From: Takakia lepidozioides
Taxonomy: Eukaryota; Plantae; Bryophyta
Direction of reading: 5' to 3'
Length of the DNA stretch: 64,000 nt
NCBI GenBank assembly: GCA_030704615.1
Contig: CM060732.1
Coordinates: 38,006,001-38,070,000, forward strand
Shown here piece by piece: positions 1 to 9,428 of the stretch. The translations under genes and the position numbers were made by a program. The notes below the pieces were generated by a model. It had not been told where the DNA came from. It ran no database searches and saw only the letters and a program-made list of their open reading frames with translations. The first letter of the stretch is position 1, and each line of letters opens with the position of its first letter.

Positions 1-1
1 C

Positions 2-1630
2 CAGCAGGATGACACTGGAGCTCGGTGGCATGGTGAGACGGACGAGGAGATGGTGCCCGGATGGCATGCATCTGCATTTCTGTGTATCTTGGCAGCGGAA
101 GGCCAGGTTGGACCTACAACAGGGATGACTGTAGATCAAGTGTCTGAGGACCCTGAGGCCAGCAATGAGCAGGGTGGCGCCAAAGATATACATGAGGATT
201 CAGTTGTGTTGGACTACCTCCGCAGTGGAGACACGGCAGCCACTATGACTGCCAAGGAGAGGGATCGGATCCTACAACGAGCCAAGAGGTTCAGGTGGGA
301 GGGGACACACCTGCTCCGAGTGTGGGAGGATGGTCGAGTGAGGATTGTGCCTCACCCAACACAGCGGGCACGGTTAGTGCGGCATGCCCATGAGGAGTTG
401 GGGCATTTTGGGGTGCGACGCACTCATAGTCTACTGCAGGGGCAGTATTGGTGGCGTGGTATGCACACAGAGGTACAACACTTTGTGGCTAGGTGCATGG
501 TGTGTGACAGGGTGCGTGCTTCATTCAACGCCCCTACTCCACAATTGCACCCTCTTCCGATCATGGGATTGGGCTACAGGTGGAGTCTTGACTTCGCAGG
601 GCCGTTGCCACTGACCATGCGCCACCAACAAGTACGTGTTGGTGATGGTGGAGCACTTCCCAAGTGGATTGAATTGGTTCCATTGCCTGATAAGGCTAGT
701 GAGGGAGCTGCGTATGCATTCCTGGATTGTGTGCTTAGCCGATTCGGTGCTCCAGCTGAGGTACTCACGGACCAAGGGAGAGAGTTCTTGGGGGAGTTTC
801 AGGCTTTGTGTGACAAGGCCTTGATAGACCACCGCACCACTTCTCGGGATCATCCTGAAGCCGATGGCTTGGCAGAGAGAGTTGTTCAGACAGTAAAGAG
901 GGGTTTGCGCAAGTATGGCTTGCAGAAGGGACACCTAGGAGATTGGGACCTTCAGTTACCCTGGTTAGCCATGGGCTACAGGTTCAGCAAGCAAGCATCA
1001 CTTGCCTCCTTCTCACCATACTTTCTTCTCTTTGGCCGAGAGCCGGATTTGCCTACATCCATTCGCAGAGAAGCTGCTACAGTTCTTAACCTTGACGATC
1101 CGGACGTGTGGGCACGTGCATGTGAGCAGCGTGCAGAGTTGTTCAAGAGAGTCATGCCTATGGCTTTCGAGAACCTTGCCATTGCACAACACCGTGATAC
1201 GTTGAGGTATGCTACCATACGTGGTGGGGGCTATCGTCCTGGGGTTCGGAGATTCAACCCTGGTGACTATGTCTATCTGCAGCAGACTGCTCCTACGACC
1301 CTGGATGTGACTGCAGGACGTGTTATTTTGAGGGTTCGAGAGGTCTTGCCCTCAGGCGTCTTGGTCTTGGAGGGTCGGGATGGCATCACTTGGAAGGACC
1401 ATGTGCGTAATTGTGCGCCATGTCACCTTCCGAATGTCGATGGCAGGATTGACCCAAACCTGGCAGTGGTATCTGCAGGTTTGAGGTGCATGTTGTGTGG
1501 GTCTGCTAAAGGGGCAGCCACCATGCTGGTATGTGATCGGTGCTCTAGAGGTTGGCATATGGGATGCTTGACTCCACCTCTTGAGATGGTTCCGGATGGG
1601 GATTGGTTATGTCCACATTGCATTGGATAG
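2..1630 (+). CDS. Gypsy Pol C-terminus: HHCC zinc finger, rve integrase core, C-terminal PHD finger (5'-partial)
   Basis: AHEELGHFG...CMVC (HHCC); LDFAGP, TDQGREF, GLAERVV (D,D,E); CMLC...CDRC...WHMGC...WLCPHC (C4HC3 PHD). The frame is open from the window edge. Confidence 0.92.
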   Translation, partial: QQDDTGARWHGETDEEMVPGWHASAFLCILAAEGQVGPTTGMTVDQVSEDPEASNEQGGAKDIHEDSVVLDYLRSGDTAATMTAKERDRILQRAKRFRWEGTHLLRVWEDGRVRIVPHPTQRARLVRHAHEELGHFGVRRTHSLLQGQYWWRGMHTEVQHFVARCMVCDRVRASFNAPTPQLHPLPIMGLGYRWSLDFAGPLPLTMRHQQVRVGDGGALPKWIELVPLPDKASEGAAYAFLDCVLSRFGAPAEVLTDQGREFLGEFQALCDKALIDHRTTSRDHPEADGLAERVVQTVKRGLRKYGLQKGHLGDWDLQLPWLAMGYRFSKQASLASFSPYFLLFGREPDLPTSIRREAATVLNLDDPDVWARACEQRAELFKRVMPMAFENLAIAQHRDTLRYATIRGGGYRPGVRRFNPGDYVYLQQTAPTTLDVTAGRVILRVREVLPSGVLVLEGRDGITWKDHVRNCAPCHLPNVDGRIDPNLAVVSAGLRCMLCGSAKGAATMLVCDRCSRGWHMGCLTPPLEMVPDGDWLCPHCIG

Positions 1631-1889
1631 TGGGAGTGGATACAACCATGGAGGCTAACAAGAAACGCAAGGCCCAGCTACTAGGAGACCTTGAACACAC
1701 GAGATCTTGGCTCAAGTTCATAGATTGCAAGACGGCGACTAACGATGGGGCTACTCTTGTACCCGGCCTCTTGGTTGATAGAGTTTGAGCACGATAAAGA
1801 CAGTGATAGAGGACTTAGTACGGCTGTGGCTATTACATCTTGTAGCTATCTGGAGGTAGAGGGACCTATCCACCAGCTAGGGGGGCGAT

Positions 1890-2404
1890 TGTGCTAGACT
1901 ACTTTATTGTGCATATATGTGTGGTGTGGTTTGGACAGCGATGTAGTTGTGTAGCGATATGTATGCGCACGACAGCTGTCAAGTTAAATAAGCACAGTGT
2001 GAAAACAGCTAGAATAAAACTAGTTATTTGTATTTAACACTTGGATTTAGGTCAAGTGTTAAATCAGGTGTCAAGTTTAGTTTTGACACCTGGTCTGTCT
2101 TATCTTCACGAGAGCGGCAGTCGCGCAGCTCATCTTTCTCGAGTTGAGCCTGCGCGACCGAGCTCCTGCATGTGTTTAGGTTTTAGTGTGCTTATGTAGG
2201 GATACAGGTTGTTGTGGGGTGGAGTCCCCATAGCTTGGGGTGCCCCTGGCTCGACTTCAGTTTCAATGAGTGATAGCGATGGATTTCATATTTCTTGTGT
2301 TGGAAGTGTATGTCCTTATTGTGCTAGACTACTTTATTGTGCATATATGTGTGGTGTGGTCTGGACAGCGATGTAGTTGTGTAGCGATATGTATGCGCAC
2401 GACA
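1890..2404 (+). repeat. 3' LTR with an 85-bp direct repeat at both ends (1890-1974 and 2320-2404)
   Basis: TGTGCTAGACTAC...GCGCACGACA occurs twice with 1 mismatch, directly after the PPT. Confidence 0.8.
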
Positions 2405-3015
2405 AGGTCAAATACACTTCAATCTAAGCGCAGAGAATGCCAAAGAAAGCAGAGAAGCAAGACAAACAGAAAAAGAACCTTCTTTACTGTTTGGGGGAGA
2501 GTCGTCATCTCTCCATAAGCCTAACCGTATATGGAGGTCTTCGCCAGCACCACAACACCCAATTCAAGTCATGCCTTAACCATTTGATTTTCTTAGGGGG
2601 CAGTCCATGTTCATAGGGGTCATCTCTTCCATGACGCTCATCGTCCTAGCCGACCTCTGCCATTTTGTAACAATCGGAGCAACCCTAAACGACGTTTACT
2701 AATAAGTAACAGAAAGTTAAACACTACTGAAGCAAATGTGAAAAATGGCTAAGAATTAAGGAACTGCGATCTTGATTGAAAAATTACAATTGATCCTAAA
2801 CCCTTAACACGAAACGGGTTTGAATAAGTGTCATAATAGTTATTAAAAGCTAATTTTGTAAAATGAAATGTTCCTGGAAGCCAGAGGAGGGGCTATAGGA
2901 GCATTCTGCAACGACTTCACAGAAATTGTGGCAAAAAAATCCCCCCCAGCCAATGGCCTGCTTCTCCACGTGACTACGTGTTGTGGAATAGTTACATGTC
3001 ACGCATACATAAATT

Positions 3016-4925
3016 GTGTGGAGAGGAAGTGAGGGGAGAATGAGCCTCCCTTGGCTTATCTGCCCCCCAATCCCCCTCCCCCTCCCCCTCCCCTTCCTCT
3101 CATTCCTTGGTCCATGCGTAAGGCACACCTTCTACAAGCGACCGCCACCATGGTGGTCGCTACATTTAAAAAAAACAACAAAAAAGCGACTGCCGGTAAT
3201 AGCGGTCGATCTATTTAAAAAATTAAACAATAAAAACAACCGCCAGTAACGACGGTCGCTCTATTAAAAAAATAAAAATAAAATAAAAGTGACCGCCATT
3301 ACTGGCACTCGCAATATTTTCAAAAATTAAAAATATACAAACGACCACCAGTAATGGCGGTTGCTCTATTTAAAAAAATAAAAAAATAAAAACGACCGCC
3401 AAAACTGGCGGTCGCAACATTTTCAGAAATTAAAAATATACAAGCGACCGCCAGTAATGGCCGTCGCTCTATTTTTTTAAAAAAAACACAAAAACCGCCA
3501 ATAATGGCGGTCGCACATAAGTTGTGTGGAGAGGAAATGATAGGAGAATGAGCCTCCCTTGACTTATCTCCCCCCCCCAACCCTCTCATTCCTCGGTCCA
3601 CGCGTAAGGCACACCTACTAGAAGCTCGCTACATTTTAAAAAAACAACAAAAAAATGGCCGCCAGTAATGGCGGTCGATCTATTTAAAAATTAAACAATA
3701 AAAGCGACCGACAATAAAGACGGTCACTCTATTAAAAAAATAAATAAAAATAAAAGCGACCGTCGTTCCTGGCAGTCGCAACATTTTCAGAAATTAAAAA
3801 TATACAAGCGACCACCAGTAATGGCGGTCACTCTATTTAAAAAAATGAAAAATAAAAGCGACCGCCATAACTGGCGGTCGCAGCATTTTCAGAAATTAAA
3901 AATATACAAGCGACCGCCAGTAATGGCAGTCGGTCTATTTTTTAAATAAAAATGACCACCAATAATGGCACTCGCTCTATTTAAAAAAATAAAAAATAAA
4001 AGCGATCGTCATTACTGGCGGTCGCTGCATTTTCAGAAATTAAAAATATACAAGCGACTGCCAGTAATGGCGGTCACTCTATTTTAAAAAAACAAAAACA
4101 AAAGTGACCGCCAATAATGGCGGTCGCTCTATTTAAAAAAATAAAAAATAAATGCTACCGACATTACTGGCGGTCGCTGCATTTTTTGAAATTAAAAAAA
4201 TACAGGCGACCGCCAGTAATGGCGGTCGTTCTATTAAAAAAAAACAAAAACAAAAGCGACGGCCAATAATGGCGGTTGTTCTATTTGAAAAAATAAAAAA
4301 TAAATGTGACTGACATTACTGGCGGTCGCTGCATTTTCTGAAATTAAAAATATACAAGCGACCGCCAGTAATGGCGGTCGCTCTATTTGAAAAAATAAAA
4401 AATAAAAGCGACTGACATTACTGGCGGTCGCTGTATTTTTCTGATTATTTTTAAAAATATTTTTATGTTTTAAAATATTTTAAAATAAAGCGACCGCCAT
4501 ATTATGGCAGTCGCTGTTTTGTTTTGTTTCTGTTTTTTGGTTTTTTAATATATTTGTAAAATAAAGCGACTGCCATATTATGACGGTCGCTTGCTTTTTA
4601 TGTATTATTGAAAAGAATCGACTGCCAATTGTGGCGGTCGCTTGTTTTTTATATATTTTCAAAATTATGCGACCGCCAATACGGAGGTTGTTGTTTTGAT
4701 TTTAAAAATTTGACGACTGCCAATGCGACCGCCAATTTTGTTTTTTTAATATTAAAAATTTCAGCGAACGCCATGTTGGCGGTCGCTCTTATTTCTAAAT
4801 TTTCGAAATATAAAACGACCACTATAATTGGTGGTCGCTCTTACTTCTAAATTTCCAAAATATAAAGCGACCGCCAGAATTGGCGGTCGCTTTTATTTTA
4901 TTATTTTCTAAAATGTATTTGCCAC
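3016..4925. repeat. Tandem array of a 24-bp hairpin motif with A/T-rich spacers, plus a duplicated ~120-bp header (3016-3140, 3523-3620)
   Basis: Dozens of copies of GCGACCGCCA-(G/A)TAA-TGGCGGTCGC (10-bp stem) at about 45-50 bp spacing; spacer types recur. Confidence 0.9.
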
Positions 4926-5077
4926 CGCCACCGTGTTGGCGACGTGGCTGCTTAAGTGGTAATATTTTACCTGGTAATTTTTTTACTAGAATATTCCCGG
5001 AACCTGACGTGATGGAGGTCTCGTCGGCGTCAAGTCTGACGTGACCTGATGACGGACCTGACGCTGATAATCGGGCT

Positions 5078-6880
5078 ATAAGTAGAAGTAGTGTTTGTCT
5101 GGCCGGGTCCGATCCGAAGTCCTCTTTAGAAAAAACCAAAGTGCGGTTATCTGAGGTGCAGAAAGTATCCAATCTTTGCCTGCCGATATACCAGCGCAGG
5201 CTCAAGGTCTTTTCAAAGCTTGTTAGATTAATAGAACAATTCACCTTGCACCGACTATATCTTGCAACATCACTAGGGGATTCAAGCCCAGTCCGGTGAG
5301 GGATAATGATGGATTTGAAACAATTTTTATCTGGGCACTCCAACTCTCTCCGAAGAGGGAGAGGCGGACGGGTTTGAAACCTTTATTATATTTTCCTCTT
5401 TATTTTCCCTCTCTCCCATATATTGCAGCATCACCAGGGGATTCGAGCCCAGTCCGGTGGGGGAGAATGGCGGTTTTGAAACAATTTTTATCTGGGGGCT
5501 CGAACTCTCTCTGAAGAGGGAGAGTGGGACGGGTTTGAAAAATTTATTATCTTTTTCTTTTTAGTTTTCCTCTCTCCTCCTGGAGACCCAAACTCTCTTC
5601 TGTAAGTAGAAGTAGTGTTTGTCTGGTCGGGTCCGATCCGAAGTCCTCTTTAGAAAAAACCAAAGTGCGGTCTTCTGAGGTGCAGAAAGTATCCAATCTT
5701 TGCTTGTCGATATACTAGCGCAGGATCAAGGTCCTTCCAAGGCTTGTTAGATTAATAGAACAATCCACCTTGCACCAACCATATCTTGCAACATCACTAG
5801 GGGATTCGAGCCCAGTCCGGTGGGGGAGAATGACGGATTTGAAACAATTTTTATCTGGGCACTCCAACTCTCTCCGAAGAGGGAGAGGCGGACGGGTTTG
5901 AAACCTTTATTATCTTTTCCTTTTTATTTTTCTTCTCTCCCATATCTTGCAGTATCACTAGGGGATTCAAGCCCAGTCCGGTGGGGGAGAATGGCGGTTT
6001 TGAAACAATTTTTATCTGGGGGCTCGAACTCTCTCCGAAGAGGGAGAGCGGGACGGGTTTGATAAAATTATTATCTTTTCCTTTTTAGTTTTCATCTCTC
6101 CTCCCGGAGACCCAAACTCCCTTCTATAAGTAGAAATAATGTTTGTCTGGTCGGGTCCGATCCGAAGTCATCTTTAGAAAAAACCAAAGTGCGGTCCTCT
6201 GAGGTGTAGAAAGTATCCAATCTTTGTCCTGCCGATATACGAGCGCAGGCTCAAAATCCTTTCAAGGCTTGTTAGATCAATAGAATAATCCACCTTGCAC
6301 CGATCATATTGCAGCATCACTAGGGGATTCGAGCCCAGTCCGGTGGGGGAGAATGGCAGTTTTGAATAATTTTTATCTGGGAACTCGAACTCTCTCCGAA
6401 GAGGGAGAGTCAAGGGTTTGAAACCTTTATTATCTTTTCCTCTTTATTTTTCCTCTCTCCCATATCTTGCAGCATCACCAAGGGATTCGACCCCAGCCGA
6501 TATACGAGGGCATGCTCAAAGTCCTTTCAAGGCTTGTTAGATCAATAGAACAATCAACCTTGCATCGACCATATTGCAGCATCACTAAGGGATTCGAGCC
6601 CAGTTCGGTGGGGGAGAATGGTGGTTTTGAAACAAATTTTATCTGGTTCTTTTCATTTTTCCTCTTTTTACCCTGAGACTTAAGCTCTCTTCTCCCCCTG
6701 AATTTTTATCCTCACAGGCTCAAAGAATATAACAATCAACCTTGCACCAACCATATTTTTCAGCATCACTAGGGGATTCGAACCCATCCAATGGGGGAGA
6801 ATGACGGTTTTGAAACATCTTTTATCTAGGGACTCGAACTCTCTCCGAAGAGGGAGAGTAGGATGAGTTTGAAACCTTTA
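5078..6880. repeat. Higher-order tandem repeat (~525-bp period) with ~160-bp subunits
   Basis: The block AGTAGAA(G/A)TA..GTTTGTCTGG.CGGGTCCGATCCGAAGTC recurs at ~5080, ~5605 and ~6128. The subunit CATCACTAGGGGATTCGAGCCCAGTCCGGTGGGGGAGAATG...CTCTCTCCGAAGAGGGAGAG occurs about 8 times, some partial. Confidence 0.9.
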
Positions 6881-7042
6881 TTTTTTTTATCTATTTCTTT
6901 TTCATCTTTCCAGACAAATGATTTCTATCAATTTAAGACAAATGATTTCGATCAAAAATAATTATTTTATGAAAAAAAAATCTAGACCTATACAACAATT
7001 ATCTATTTTATCAAAAAGCCAATGTCTATAACTTCAACTTAA

Positions 7043-7848
7043 CCCTTAAGTTCCCAAGCCCTTTTTTGACTTTTTACCAATTTTGGGTACCCGGCTGCAG
7101 TAAATTGCCCCTAGAAACCTACCAAAAATCTTCCAGAGATTCTAGCCTTATAGTAGTGGGCGCAGCTCATTTATGCATGACATACCAAAAAATGAGCCAA
7201 GTTCACCGTGGAAATTGTGAGATTATAACGTTGGCCCGGACCTCAAATATCAAGTCCCAAAGAAAAAGTGAGAAATAAATTGGTTTGACCAAATCAAAAC
7301 CTAGCTTTATCCAATTTTGCTTGCCTCAAGACCCACCATTTCCAAATCAATAGTGGAGTGGATATGACCTCACTAAATTGCAGGTCCAACTGATTTTTTC
7401 ACCTATGGTTGCTATTCATGCAACTACATGGGGGTTGAAATCTCAAAATTGACAAGAGAAATGTGCCTCCAAATGAAGTACTTTTTTTTCTACAAATTTT
7501 TTAAAAGCCAATGGTGGATGTGTGTATGTAATGCTCATATACTAGATGGTGAAGTGTTTTTTCCAAAATTGCTAATTTTCTGCCAAAAATGGCCTTTGGA
7601 GTGCAATCTGTTTTGGGCTTGTTTACCTGCCACGTCAGCGGTCAACATGCCCTTTTCAGGCCCAAAACGTAAATGAGAGATCTAAGATATTTTTTGTAGG
7701 TCGCAACTTTTGTTTTTTGCATCATACTCGAGATAAATCCTTTGTCATTAAAGCTTTAGGAGTGGGCCCCATCAGATTAGATCTGCAAAAATTAGGTCGA
7801 ACCTCAAATTCAAAGTGACCCGATTCGGGTCGCTTGGGAACTTAAGGG
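7043..7848. mobile_element. Non-autonomous piggyBac-like DNA transposon (MITE, 806 bp)
   Basis: Perfect 17-bp TIRs CCCTTAAGTTCCCAAGC / GCTTGGGAACTTAAGGG, flanked by TTAA at 7039-7042 and 7849-7852. No transposase ORF. Confidence 0.85.
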
Positions 7849-8349
7849 TTAACATGACAAAAGAAACTGTTAATGATAAGAGACGGAGAAAGTATGCTTT
7901 AAATAAAGAGAAACTAAATGATGAACGACGGAAAAGATATAAACAACCGACTCCTCATCCAAAAGAAACAAATGCTAAACGAAGAGAAAAATACAGATCT
8001 GAACATCCACCACAAACCACGGGAATAGAATCCCATCCGCCTCCCGATCCAGACGAAACATATATATATAACAATACCCATGAACGACTACTTACAAGCG
8101 AGCCCTTTAACAAACGCAAAGCTAATGGGACACCACCAAGGGCCCAAGATTGGTACCGCAAAACTCAGTAGTGGATCTCAATAGCAGATATATGTCACAA
8201 GAGATACAAAGACACACCTTGGCTTACCTGATGGTTATTGAAAGAAAAAGTCTCATAAATATGTTGTTTATAATCATATTATGACATAAGCCTAGCACTT
8301 ATCGTGACATAGATCCCAACAATAAATAGAATATATATTATATTTTTGT

Positions 8350-8900
8350 TTTATTTTTTTTTTTTTGAGAAAGGGGACGTAGCCCTTTAACACTTTATTA
8401 AAGTTATTGAGATATTATGCATATGTATGTATATATTTATATACTCTATAGGTATAACTCTATTGACACATGATGTTCTAGTTAGAACCAAAAATCTCCC
8501 GTCTAGTAGTATAGTGGGTTTCACATTGCTGGTAACCGTCGGTTGTTTATAGCTTCTGGGGGTCTTGGAATTCATATATATAACCAAGTCAGATTTAAAT
8601 CCTTTCAATGCTCAATAACCATTTGAACACTAGTGAACACATTCTTAATGATCACATTAATTGGGACAACGTGGTTGCCCAACCCTCTCAAAGAGTCGAA
8701 AGTCCTCAAGTATCCACACATCAAGTAACTGGTTGACCCAACACTCCCCTTTTATAGCTGAGTTGGCTATATCAATGGGTGACATCCAGCATCTAAAAAC
8801 ATCTCCACCACAGCACCCAGTACCCCAAGTGTGATACTCTACCGGTTGAGTACAGACTGCAACCCTAAATGAATTGTCCCTCAGTGATCGTGCCAATCTA
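8350..8900 (-). mobile_element. Probable 5'-truncated LINE 3' fragment
   Basis: Poly(T) on plus (minus-strand poly(A)) adjoining GAGAAAGGGG...CTTTATTA (AATAAA-like signal on minus), with degenerate Trp-rich coding remnants upstream on minus. Confidence 0.45.
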
Positions 8901-9428
8901 GATTGAAGTCAACCTAGATTACATCGAGACCGGTCTATCATGCTTAGTGCTGCTAATCGTCTTCTTCATCGGATCATCCGTCACGATATTCGTGTGTTCA
9001 GGCCTTGTGGCGGCCACATGTTTTAATTTTTTTCCCTTCAAATAATCTGAATAAAACAAAATCCAGGGCCTCATCCTTGTTCCCCCAAAAAAAAAAAACA
9101 AAACAAAACTTTATTTGGAATTATTTAGGGAAAAAAATGAAACCTCTAATTACCATGAGACACACACACCTAGTCCGTGAAGAGGCAAACCTTGTCGGCC
9201 ATTTTAAATGCGGAGCTTGTGGAAATCTATCTGATGAAGGCAAGTCTTGTTTTCGTGGAGGCCTTCACATGCTTCCAATTGACGTCCTCCTTTTCAAACT
9301 CTGGGGAAGCAGAAGAGGCTGGCTCGCTTCCCCCTCCATTGAGGGGGGATTTGACGTGGCCAAACACAGGAGTCAGGTCTTGAGCAGGAGCAGATGATGC
9401 CCCTCTTCCCCAGGTGGAATTGAATCTG

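Larger units (their letters stand above)
1..2404 (+). mobile_element. Ty3/Gypsy LTR retrotransposon, 3' part (integrase, PPT, 3' LTR); copy 1 of the PHD-integrase family
   Basis: Integrase ORF followed by a purine tract AGGGGGGCGA (~1879-1888) and a TG...CA-bounded LTR (1890-2404). A highly similar copy lies at 60277-61443. Confidence 0.93.

Noticed and set aside
3138-4925. CRISPR array
   Set aside because: Spacers are recurring low-complexity A/T tracts rather than unique sequences; no cas genes; eukaryotic context.
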